A stretch of 64,000 nt of DNA from Haliotis rufescens (taxonomy: Eukaryota), in NCBI RefSeq assembly GCF_023055435.1, contig NW_025963813.1:20274001-20338000 (forward strand), given 5' to 3'. Each line of letters begins with the position of its first letter. The first letter of the stretch is position 1. Below the pieces are notes generated by a model. That model searched no databases and was not told the DNA's origin. It saw nothing but the letters and a program-made list of their open reading frames with translations. This document shows positions 49,751 through 61,295 of the stretch, piece by piece. The position numbers and the translations under genes are program-made.

Positions 49751-51450
49751 TACCTGCTAATGTTTACATGCTTTTAACCAAGGCTCCTTTGTCTTTTAAC
49801 CTGCATTAACTGACCGAATTGTTCGTTTCACACCACTTGGCAATGTCAGAACTATATTTACCCATTATCATTTACGTTGATGATAGAACAATTTTATGAA
49901 ACAAGTGGGATTCGAACTGACACTGCAACATAGAATATATAATGTGGAATAAACAATGACATATTTACTGTCAAGATTATTAGTAAATCCGCTTGTGAAC
50001 GGGGCTATGTGTGATTTACTCTGAATGTTTTTACAATGAACGTACGGGAGATTTGGTAGTTCTCCGATATAATTACTATGTTCTGGGTCATGTACTTGAT
50101 CTTCTTCATGTTTACTCAGAACTGGGCAATTAATAATTACGTGATTGATAAAGTGGTTGTGTTGATGCTCTGTGAATTGTATACGTTCCCCGGCACGTGC
50201 ATTTCATAACCAGAGTCGCCAAAAAGCGAGGTGCACGCGCAGAGAGTTCAGGGAACGTATTTCACGTGCATCACGCAGGACTGACTCACGCAGTGTCCTG
50301 GGAAGCACAAATGTCTTGAATATCTATGTAAATGCAGTTAGGTTGGACACATTCTATCCAAGGGGAGGAGACAGGTAGGGCTTTTTGTTGAAAACGTTAT
50401 GGGGGAGGATCATTAATTTGTTTCTCACCAAGAAAACAAACAAAATGTTGTTTTAGAAGTTACGGCTCTTTGAAAGTTAATAACACGCATGTAATGTGTT
50501 TTTACTGGCAATGTTCAGTGTACATGTAGATGTCATTGATTTTACAGTCGCTTCGACTACTAAATCAGGCGACAGCTTTGTCCAATACATACGAATTGTA
50601 CTGGTTTCTCTGAGACTTGACGCGCTATACGTTCAGCATCATGATGCATGGAGGTGGTCATGTGGTTTGAGTTGTATTTATACTTTACAATCTACAATGT
50701 GATGTAATTTCCATTTGTATATAAACGTGAAACTGACAAACGTAAAGCGAGCACCACTGCACACATCTATCCAATGGGTGTAGGTATACTTCGTGTACAT
50801 TACGGCTGATTTTACCAGGGATCCTCTACAGTTAAAGCAAACAACAAAGAAAGCCTTCTAGAAATCTATATAACTGGCAACTCGTTAATCTATGTATGTG
50901 TTGGATAGGTAGTTTTACCTGTAGGTATTGAAACCGTTTGAAAATTTAAGAACATGTATCGATTATCAAAGTATTATTCTACTCATTTGTTTAACTTGTG
51001 TAGTAGCGGGTATGGGGAAGATGTTGGTTGGGCACACACAACACGAAGCTACTTGTAGGTTCAGATGACAGCCATGTTTATTCAAAGTGCATGATAATAA
51101 TTAATAAGCCCAGAAAATATAATAATAACGTAAATCTTTTGTCAAAAAAGCATAATGTAGCTTTCGTATAGATTACACACAATTACATGACTTCGTATTA
51201 TTAGCTAGCACATTAGCACTAGCATGAATAAATATTTCAATATAAATAGCAGGTTGTAAACTATTTCTGAATAATTATATGAAAATTGCCATATGTGAAT
51301 ACTATGTGAATTCACAACATTAGTTTAGAAGGATAACTATATACTAGTTATTAGTTTGACCAAAATGTATATATATAAGCATGAAGATACATATAAATCA
51401 ATTCCATGATTACACATAAGTATCTCAATACCAAGATAACGAGTAGATAC

Positions 51451-51965
51451 AGATAGCAGCCATGATGTATGAATAATTATAATTTATGATTCACGTCAAC
51501 AAGTCTTTCCGTAAAGAAATATTAATGAATATAAATAATAAAATATGTAACGATACATATAAACAAATATATTCCCCACTTTCCACCGTGTGGCAATGAG
51601 CTCACTAGGTGCGCATGCGCAGTCAAGTTCAGGGGTAAAGGTCACATGACGTCATTCTACAAAAGTTGAAATAAGACCTTGACAATACTAATAATGGTCA
51701 TATAAAATAAGTAATTATAAAAACAACAGATGTCCCATACATACGTTCTTATTCCATACCGCATTCATACAGTTATAGGTTTAGGAAATGTTTAAATATT
51801 AATTTAGTTTAGTTAAGTTTATACTGGTATTACCGTATTTAACTAGATACCATACTGTATTGATGCTATACGATACAGTTTAGATTTAAATGGATCAAAT
51901 ACTTCCGCAAACAAACAACTGTACTGGTGTTTTAAATACGTACTTTACTTTAACCACCAGTTAAA
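51451..51965 (+). repeat. Local duplication, uninterrupted copy (empty sites for Tc1 #4 and #5)
   Basis: Colinear with 54244-54350 + 55817-56161 + 57854-57880. Confidence 0.92.
51610..51654. promoter_or_regulatory. Dense TF-motif cassette: NRF1 palindrome, nuclear-receptor half-sites/DR1, E-box, CRE
   Basis: TGCGCATGCGCA 51610-21; AGTTCA 51626-31; GGGGTAAAGGTCA 51632-44; GTCACATGAC 51641-50; TGACGTCA 51647-54. Confidence 0.5.
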
Positions 51966-53319
51966 GGGGCACTGATCTAAAACAATTCCCCTGGACTGGT
52001 TGTTGCCTTTGTTATTGTTTTTTCCCGTGAGTACCCGGATGATATAGCAGAAACCTAGACTAGTTCGCAACCTGTGCTGCGCAATTCGTAAGCGGATTTG
52101 TCACTTTTATTGATAGTATAAGGGCGTATGGTCACATGGTAACAAAATGAAATACAGTTTTGGAAATAATAAGGAAATGTAGGTATCTTTGTGGTGACGA
52201 AGTTTTGATAAGTCACTTGCTTGGTAATTGTGCGATTTTCGTTAACACTATTTTGACTTACAACACAAAGTAAATATTTCTCCTGAGCATTGCTTATTTT
52301 ATCGTTTTTATATTTTTACAATCAAAATGTGCAAAATTTTCACTTATGTAATTTATTAAACGCCTGAATATTCAGTTATTTTACAATTGACTGAAAAATA
52401 TGTCCATCTGTATTATTATGACAACGAATTCAAAACATTTTTATGTTTAATATCATCACCAAGAGACTGAAAATGTTACGATGAAAAGTACATTTCTATA
52501 TTGTTTGGCTTCTAATCCTACATAATAATCTATTGTGATGTTTTTAGGCCCTATTGATCGTCTTAATCAATTTTGGTCAATCTGTTAAAGAAATGGACTG
52601 AAATATTTACACGTTTTATAACTGAGAGAACACATTTTACAAATTGACTGTAATATACAAAGGAAACGACTTGTGAAAACAACGTCTATCGCGCATCGAA
52701 GAATTTCCCAACCAAGATGTAGAGGAACCAGAATGAATCTGTCCAATGATACCGCAAATGAAGGAAAACAAAATGCGAATATCATAATTACAACCTACCA
52801 AATGTATGTGTATAATTTTAGGCAGCTTCCTTGTTCGAGTAATGTATCCGTGAATATCCACACACAGGAACAATATCCCAAACGACTGCAGCTGTACAAA
52901 GAAACGTATTCTATGTCACGTGTCTCTGTAACAATCAAATATTTTAAAATATATCGTTTCGGGATATTATAACCCGTGTTCGTTTCTCAACTGATCACTT
53001 AGATTGTTTCAGGTGTTTCACATAGGTGTCAAGTCTCAAAGGTCGGCTGAGAAAGCCTACGTGACAACTATTTTCATAACGTCCACGGTTCCTAAAAAAA
53101 TCCATTGAGTTAGATAACAATGAGCAATTAATCAACGCATTATCGGTTAACCCTATGAACAAAGTATGTTGTTTTTACATCGGCAATTCACGCAAGGATG
53201 TGAGTGTATTCCCTTTGTTTTAGTAAACCTAGACATGTAATTAACATCTGATTAATCTATCTCTACATCTTACCGATATTGTATATATTTTCATGTTCAT
53301 ATATGGAACAGTTTTACTA

Positions 53320-54250
53320 TACTCACACGCAAAAGAAACGCAAGTCGAATATGCAGTATACATGTTATTTATTTTCAACAGTAAGGACAAGAAATACTAA
53401 TAGGGCAAGATTGACAAAAATTTGACTGAAGACAGTTTAATGGATTAAAAGGCAGATGACATAATTGGGTTTTTTCAAATGTCAAGGGCTTACAATGTCA
53501 GTCAATACCTGGTGTGACCACCATTAGTATTGATCACTGCCACACATCTGTACATTGAGTGGATCAGACGATTTGTGAAGGCCCTAGGGATCCTCCTGCA
53601 CACATCCAGAGCAGTTGTGCGTAGTTCATCGGCAGTTGTAGGGACTGGGCGCACAATGTGCAGACGCCTTTGAACCTCATCCCACAAGTGTTCGGTGGGA
53701 TTCAGATCAGGGCTGAGGGCTGGCCACGGTAGAACACGGATGTTGTGTTGTTGCAGAAAGGCCATGGTAGCTCTGGCAACTTGGGGACAAGCGTTGTCCT
53801 GCTGGAAAATATGTTGGTGATGTTGTGCAAAAAATGGAACAACGTGGGGTCTGATCACTTGGTCGATATACCGCTGAGCAGTGACGCCGTGCCCCCGACC
53901 GTGACCAACATTCAGAAAGCACATGGGTCCAAGTCTCGCATTAAGTCCATACCCATATCATGACGCTAGGTCCACCCAATGGATCCCTTTCCACAACGTT
54001 TCTGTCAGCGAAACGATCACCTCGACGCCGCCAAATTCTGACTCTTCCGTCTGCATGGGAGACACAAAAGCGACTTTCATCAGGGAAGGTGACACGCCTC
54101 CACTCACGATGACCCCAATTGCGATGACCCTGTGCCCACTGAAGTCGTGCTTGTCGATGCCGTGGTTGGAGAACAGGACGACGTGCTGGTCGGCGACATC
54201 TGAGGTTGTTGGAACGGAACTAATGTGTCGATTATGTGTTCCTAGATGGT
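53320..54250 (-). mobile_element. Tc1 element #3, truncated (transposase 5' part and one TIR missing)
   Basis: TA|tactcacacgcaaaagaaacgca terminus; minus strand DES...QQDNACPQ...SPDLNPTEHLWDE...GGHTRY* ending at 53502; breaks at ~54250 into the duplicated block. Confidence 0.9.
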
Positions 54251-54350
54251 AGTCATAATATGTGAATACATTTATGATTCATGTCAATATTTCTTTCTGT
54301 TAAGAAATATTACCAATATAAATGATAAAATATGTAGCGATCCATATATA

Positions 54351-55816
54351 TACTAGCCACATAAAGAAACTGTGCACGGAGAAAATATAGATATAAGGGC
54401 ACACCGTCCATATATGAAATATAGGTTTGAACACAGCAATTATTGGAGACATTCAAACGCTCATGCACGTGCCATGCGATGTGACGTCATTGAAGGGGGC
54501 CTATGGACGTGCAATGTGTTACTGCACGTGCATCCTGTGCAGCTGTACACAGCATGTGCAACTCAAAATTCGCTGTCACTTTGGAAAAATTCAAAAATTC
54601 AAAACTTCTCAGGCGCAGACACAAGCAAATCATGCCAAGATTGACAGCTGCACAGCGTCATGAAGCCATTGGAATGATCCGAGCGGGAATGAGGCAACAA
54701 CAGGTGGCAACACATTTCCAATGCCATCGTAACACGATATCGGCATTGGTGAGGCGTTATCAGAACACAAATGACGTTGCCGACCACCCACGTTCAGGAC
54801 GTCCCCGAGTAACGACGCCAAGACGGGACAGATGGATTCGAGTGACACATCTCCGACACAGGTTTCAAACGGTAGTAACGATGTCCCAGACAATTCCTGG
54901 ACTGCGCCGTATCCATCCCAACACTGTCAGGAATCGTTTACGTCAGTACGGGATTCGACCACGACGCCCTGCCATACGTCCCATCCTGACACACCGTCAT
55001 CGAGGCAACCGTCTAAGATGGTGTCGAAATCATGTTCGCCAACCTCGAATATGGTGGAGAAATGTTGTCTTTACAGATGAATCGAGGTTCAACATTTCCC
55101 ACAGTGACGGGCGCCAACGTGTCTACCGGCGTTTTGGGAGAACGTTATTGGGAGAGTTATATGGGAGAACTATTGTGGAGAGGAATCGTTTTGGAGGTGG
55201 CTCTGTGATGATTTGGGGTGGGATAACAGCACGGCACCGAACCCCTTTTGTGGTTGTTCAGGGCAATCTCACCGGTGTTGGCTACAGAGATCAGATTCTG
55301 AGGCCTGTGGTCATTCCTTTCCTGCAACGTCATGGCCCGGGATTGACATTTCAACAGGACAACGCTCGTCCTCACACGGCTAGGGTCGCAATGGATTTCC
55401 TTCACCATAACAATGTCATGTTACTGCCATGGCCTGCAATTTCTCCAGATTTCTCCCCAATAGAGCATGTGTGGGATGAAATGGAGCGCCGTCTGCGTCG
55501 TCTTCCACATCCTCCAAATAACGTCCGTGACTTGGCACAGGATTTGAGGAGGATATGGCAGGCCATTCCCCGGGCCTTCCATGCCCATTTGGTGGACTCC
55601 ATGCGTCGCCGATGCACTGCTGTGATTCACGCACAGGGTGGTCATACCCGTTATTGACTTTGTGACTTTGTCGTTTGACCCCCTACTCCATTTTGATCTT
55701 CTGACGTCATCGTAACAGATGTTGTTCAGGTCCCGTTGCATCATTTTGTTCTTGCTGTGTTGTATTTCAATCCAGAATATATTTTCTCCGTGCACAGTTT
55801 CTTTATGTGGCTAGTA
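54351..55816 (+). mobile_element. Tc1 element #4, young and full length
   Basis: Perfect 39-bp TIRs tactagccacataaagaaactgtgcacggagaaaatata, TA TSD, and an empty site visible at ~51555. Confidence 0.97.
54632..55657 (+). CDS. Tc1-like DD34E transposase, open 341-aa ORF
   Basis: MPRLTAAQRHEAIG (paired-like HTH), SGRPR, VFTDES, QQDNARPH, 34 aa to SPIE, GGHTRY*; locally scrambled at 55135-55175. Confidence 0.9.
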   Translation: MPRLTAAQRHEAIGMIRAGMRQQQVATHFQCHRNTISALVRRYQNTNDVADHPRSGRPRVTTPRRDRWIRVTHLRHRFQTVVTMSQTIPGLRRIHPNTVRNRLRQYGIRPRRPAIRPILTHRHRGNRLRWCRNHVRQPRIWWRNVVFTDESRFNISHSDGRQRVYRRFGRTLLGELYGRTIVERNRFGGGSVMIWGGITARHRTPFVVVQGNLTGVGYRDQILRPVVIPFLQRHGPGLTFQQDNARPHTARVAMDFLHHNNVMLLPWPAISPDFSPIEHVWDEMERRLRRLPHPPNNVRDLAQDLRRIWQAIPRAFHAHLVDSMRRRCTAVIHAQGGHTRY

Positions 55817-56161
55817 TACAAATATATTCCACACTTTCCACCGTGTGGCAATGAGCTCACTAGGTGCACATGCGCAGTCAAGTTCAAGGGTAAAGGTCAC
55901 GTCATTCTTTCAAAGTTGAAATAATACCTTGACAATACTAATAATGACCATACAAAATAAGTTATAATAAAAACAGATGTCCCGTGCATAGGTTCCTATT
56001 CCATACCACATTCATACAGTTATACGTTTAGGAAATGTTTAAATATTGATTTAATTTAGTTTATACCGGTATTACCGTATTTAACTAGAAAACATATGAT
56101 AGAGTATAGATTTAAATTAATTAAAATTCACAAACAACCAACTGCACTGATGGTTGAAATA

Positions 56162-57853
56162 TACTGAGGCATAAATAACGCACACTCAAATTTAAGTGTC
56201 AATAATTTTTTACTGAAATGAGTGAGTGAGTGAGTTGGGTTTAACGCCGCTTTTAACAGTATTCCAGTTATATCACGGCGTGTCAGCTAAATGTGGGAGG
56301 AAAGCCCGAAGTGATGCAGGTCTCAGACGTTTACCACTTTGGTGAAACCCACGAGCACGGGTATGGTGCTGACAAACCTAGAAACATAATAGGGGCGAAC
56401 CGGGATTCGAACCCACAATCATAGGTTTCTGGCGTGCCCAAGGGACGCGACTCTGCACAGCGAATCGCGGCGCCTTAGACGACTGGGCCACCCGTGCCCC
56501 CTTTTACTGAAATGAAATCTACAAATGACAATCAATACAAATGACTAATTAAAGATTACACTGATGAATTTCATGAACAGTTACTGTGTGACAATGAATT
56601 AACGTCTATGAAAATGACGTCAAAGGCGAGTGGTGTCAATAACGAGTGTCCTTGTGCAGCAATGCACGCTTGAAGCCGGCGAGGCATTGAGAGACACAGT
56701 CGACGAGTTGCAGCCTGAGGAATACGTCTCCAATGATGCAGGGGAGCTTGAGTCAGTTGTGGAACCATCTGTGGAGGATTTTGTTGACGTCTGGCACGGC
56801 GGCCAAGTTCATCCCACAAATGTTCTATAGGGTTCAGATCTGGGGACCTTGAAGGCCACTTCAACACATTAACGTTGTTCTGTTGCAAGAAGGCATTTTT
56901 TATCCTGGCAGTGTGAGGCCTTGCATTGTCATGTTGAAAGACATGGCAACGTAAACCTCGTTGAGTCAGTAATGGCAGCAGAACAGGCTGTAGAACGTTG
57001 TCGATGTAACGTCTGGCATTAAGGTTCCCCTGAATAACAACAAGATCCGAGCGGAAATTTGCATTGATTGCTCCCCAAACCATAACACCTCCAGTAACAC
57101 ATGGTTGTGTAAATCGTTCATGTTGGCGTCGGTATACACGTAAACGTCCATCAGCTGACTGTGAAACGTGATTCATCAGAAAAAACAACTTTTCTCCAAT
57201 CTCTACTACCGAGATTACCTCCACCAGCTGCCCATCGCTGCCGTGCTAGCCTGTGTGCCTGAGTCAAGATTTGTCCACGGTAGGGTCGTCGACACCTCAA
57301 ATTCCTGGCAGCAAGACGACGACGCACTGTATGGTCACTGATGTGTCTTCCACGGAGACCAGTGGTTGCATTTGCCGTTGACCTGGCAGACGTGAAGCGA
57401 TTTCTGAGGTGGCTGTTGTTCTCAACCGCTCATGTAATCTCGATATTGTCGTTTGATGGCAGTGTAAATGAGCAGCAACATGTTCTTGGGTACGACCAGC
57501 ATTTAACATACCCATTGCTTCATTACGCTGATCTTGCGTTAACCGTGGCATTGTGTAGGCAAGTGATGGCAAAATGTCATGGTGTGCATTTATAGGGCCT
57601 ACCTTTTGAGGTTTGCACGTGCATCATGCCTTTCACAAAATGTGCATCGATAGCAGCATTCCCAGTGGTGTGTTGCGTTTTGGTGATTGGCTTCGTTTCC
57701 AGAACCAGTTTTTGTTTGCAACCCATATGACATGTTTACAGTTATAACCAACAATGGACAGTGTCAACAAGGTAAAATGTAAACGGACCTCAAATATGTT
57801 TCTTAAAAAATTATATCTTAAAATTGAGTATGCGTTTCTAATGCCTCTCAGTA
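56162..57853 (-). mobile_element. Tc1 element #5, defective, carries a SINE
   Basis: Imperfect ~35-bp TIRs tactgaggcataaataacgcacactcaaatttaag / cttaaaattgagtatgcgtttctaatgcctctcagta with TA TSD; transposase from ATG 57551 (MPRLTQDQR) through QHDNARPH and SPDLNPIEHLWDE, with deletions and frameshifts. Confidence 0.93.
56222..56501 (-). mobile_element. Family-3 SINE nested in Tc1 #5
   Basis: Near-identical to 45553-45827; 14-bp TSD ttttactgaaatga at 56208-56221 and 56502-56515. Confidence 0.93.
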
Positions 57854-58409
57854 TACATACTTTACTTTAACCACCAGTTATAAGTTTAATTATACACCGA
57901 TGCATTAATCTAACACATCTTAAGAAATATAATACATATACAAGTTCATATACAATATATGAAATACACAAATCAAATAAACTAAACTGGATAATGAAAT
58001 CCTAAAAACACAATCACTGACTTCCAAGAATACACACAATATTCCAAATCCAAAATCAGCAAGGGGCTGATTTAAAAAAGAAAATGATCATTTAATGTGA
58101 CCTCGTGAAACACGTGTAAGACTGCCAACGAGATATGCCTGACAGAAGTTCTTTAATACTAAATACACAATGGATAGTAAGCTGACCGGAGAAACTAAAG
58201 CAGAAAGACAGAAGACACTTGTGCAGAGTGCAAGCGCGTGGGTCAGAACCTGGCGTGACCCAGTCAGGTGGCTAGTATTAAGTGCAGGGTGCAGGGCTAA
58301 GGGCTATAGGCTTATTGTATTGGGGGCTTGTATAACTCAAAGGGTTTGTAGTGTACTGTATGTAAAGTTAAAAGCTGAAATGAAACATCTAAAATATCTA
58401 ATTAATATA

Positions 58410-59850
58410 TACTCTTCAAAAAACTTGACACTGACTTTCAAAATGTAATATAATGCGATTGTTTCAAAATAGGACACAGAAACCATAATTGAAACACTGT
58501 TTGAAGATCAATGTACACAATGTTCAAAACATTAATCGTGTCACCTAGACGGACACACGTACACGATGCAGTTAGTGTCACAGGGGTACAGAAAATGTCA
58601 GTATCGGTTGTGCCCACCACGTGCAACAATCACCGCTTGACACCGACGACCCATAGATGCAATCAAGTTGTCAATAACACGCTGTTGGATGTGCTGCCAT
58701 TCATGCTGAAGTGCATCAAGAAGCGCCGGAAGTGTTTGGGGCGGTGGATTCCTTCTGCGAACGCGTCAATCCAACTCGTCCCACAGACTTGTGCTGTAAG
58801 AAGTCCTGACAAACACGTGCAATATGCGGTCGAGCGTTGTCCTGCTGGAACTGTCCGCCATGAACGTTGACGTGAGGAAGAACGTAAGGCTGTAGGATCA
58901 AGTCTCTGTAACGCACACCTGTCAATTCACCTGCCACATGCACGAGAGGCGTCCTACCACCGTGATGAATTCCGGCCCATACCATGACACTCCCGCCGAA
59001 AAATGGGACAACCTGCTGCACACAGTTGGGGGCGTAACGTTCACCCCGACGTCTATGGACACGTGCACGCCCATCAGCACGTGAGTAGAAAACGGGACTC
59101 GTCAGTAAACAGTACATTTCTGCACCTTGCACGTGCCCATCTAACCCTCTGTTGGCACCAAAGCAGACGGTCCGCCAGATGACGTGGTGTCAATACATGA
59201 CGTCGAACAGGTCTTCGTGCAAAAAGTCCAGCCTCCCTCAGTCTGTTGCGTTCCGTTTGATCTGATATTCTGCGTACCCCAGGGATCTGTGTGGTTGTAG
59301 ACGTGGCTGTGGTAGTGCGGTGTCGCAGCCGGATGTATCGATCTTGTGCTTGGGTTGTCACCCTGGGTCTTCCTGACCTTGGTCTGTCGTCAACTCTGTT
59401 GGTGTTGTTGTATCGGGTCCACAGTGCGGAGATTGTCTGTCTGGATAAGTGCCTGGCCACTTCTTGCTGAGTTGCTCCAGCTTGTAATCTCCCAATGGCG
59501 TTGTTCCGTTGAGCTGCATTCAGTCTTGGCATTCTGTCACCTCCTCTACTGCCGTTATAAGGAATGTATGAACAGCCGTTGATGTGGATTTTTATACCCA
59601 CTCAGCAGGGGAGCCTGCATGCCTAAATGTAGGATCCTGTGCTGCACGTTTTTTACAGGCGGTTGCGTTTGGATGAAGCTGTAAAATTGATCCCCAAACG
59701 CTACGTTTATGTGCTTTGCATGTGTTTTCGCGAATTATAGACACATCATCTTTCTGTTTGACTTATTTGGTTCTCATTTAATGTAATTATTTTAGATATT
59801 TGGCAAAAAGTGGTTTTACATCTATGTCAAGTTTCTTTTTTTCAAGAGTA
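58410..59850 (-). mobile_element. Tc1 element #6, defective
   Basis: TIRs tactcttcaaaaaacttgaca / tgtcaagtttctttttttcaagagta with TA TSD; ATG 59532 MPRLNAAQR, LFTDESRF, QQDNARPH; the WPxxSPDLNPIE segment is deleted; ends GGHNRY* at 58598. Confidence 0.93.
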
Positions 59851-60098
59851 TATATGAATACGTAAAACTTGACTTGGCCACACTTGAATAAAGAGAATGT
59901 GTGATGTGTAAGTGTAATGTGATAATTACATATCCGGAAATTCGTTTATCCGGGCGATTCTTTGAAAAGTTCAAGTGTCCGGATAAGTAGGGTTCGACTG
60001 TACAAATGAATCGCGTTCCTCTGGAGTTTGTATTGAGTTTTCACAGTTTTACATCACAACGTCACGAAGGATGTTCACCTGAGTGGCGTCGAGTGCCT

Positions 60099-60335
60099 CC
60101 GGTGTCTGGTGGTCGAGCGTCTGCCCGGGAAGCGGAGGGTCGGGGACACGATCACCGGCCGCGTCATACTAATGGACGTTTAACGATGGTACGTTTTGTT
60201 TCCCTGGCGCTCGACTATTAGGGGATAAAACAAGGACTGGTCGGCTCGGAGGTGGTATGCTGTGTCTGAGTGGGGTATTCATGTTAAACTGCGTATTTTC
60301 AGTGGGCTTATAGCACTGTAAACTCGGCATTAGTT
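60099..60335 (+). mobile_element. Degenerate V-domain SINE
   Basis: tRNA-like head (tggtggtcgagcgtctgcccgggaagcggagggtcgggg..cgatcaccggccg) followed by gtcatactaatggacgtttaacgatggtac...ttccctggcgctc, which resembles the V-SINE core (recalled, not searched). Confidence 0.6.
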
Positions 60336-61256
60336 GTTCAGTCCCATTTCATTCACAGCCACCTTGCTAACATAACTAGTTACTGCACTATATAACACGA
60401 TATGCATGTAGTAATGCTAACAGTCCAGTTTTGAACGACAGCAGAATTTGGCATTAAATTGGAAATTTTCATCCAAGTGAAGATAAATTTGTACCGAGAA
60501 ACAGATGAGGTTACGTTGAACCCTTAACACGGAACAGAGTGGGCATGAAAAAACGACACAATTCTATTTTCTTTTCAAATAAAAAAGATAAATTTGGACA
60601 TTATTTAGGGATTGGTAATTTACTATAGGTGAGCGGAATCATTAAAAAATATTTCATGTAATTGGGAGGCCGTGAAAAAATGTTATATAAAATAGGGGGG
60701 TGCAAAATATGATACAGTCCTAAGACCAATCTCAACACGCCCCAACTCCCACCTACAACCCACTCCCACCTTCCATAATAAATGACCAGTCGCTAAAAGT
60801 ACCGATCTCATGATGACATCCCGTGGATAGAGCGGGTAATGAGGCGATATTATACGTCATAGTGTCAGCAATATATATACATTGATGTACTTGGATTTTG
60901 AATTGTTTGCCAGTGGATGGTTTAAACGCTCACAGTTACAGGGTGAATTTAGTTAGGGCACTGCACCTTGCGAACTGTGTTAAACTGTAGTTCCACGCAT
61001 ATCAAATTGTATCTAATGACATATATCAAACAACAGGCAACTCTGTGGATAGTTGATGACATATTATGACATAATTGTCCGGTCAGCCCGAAACTCATAA
61101 ATCTGCCACAGATGTCTCCTAGGCGGCATGGATGAAGGGGGGCTTAAACTAGTCACGTGTTAAACGGCAGTCATGATTCCAAATACAGTTATATCGCCAG
61201 GGGTAGTCTGCACATTGTATTTGATAGGGAAAGTGGGAGGGGTAGCAGTAGAGTCT

Positions 61257-61295
61257 GTGTGTGTGTGTGGGGGGGGGGGGGGGGGGGGGGGGGGG
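61257..61295. repeat. (GT)n plus poly-G tract
   Basis: tgtgtgtgtgtgt followed by ~27 G. Confidence 0.9.

Noticed and set aside
52054-52095. Helitron 3' end on the minus strand (GCGCAGCACAGG...ACTAG|T)
   Set aside because: The hairpin is imperfect, and no matching 5' end or Rep/Hel coding remnant could be identified.
54503-54631. 43-aa N-terminal extension of the Tc1 #4 transposase
   Set aside because: The sister elements with intact 5' ends start at MP(R/L)L, so ATG 54632 is the homologous start.
59925-60002. pogo/Tigger-like MITE terminus (...gggttcgactgta); similar scraps near 8820 and 32803
   Set aside because: Only single ends are visible, with no partner TIR or TSD, so they are not reported as elements.
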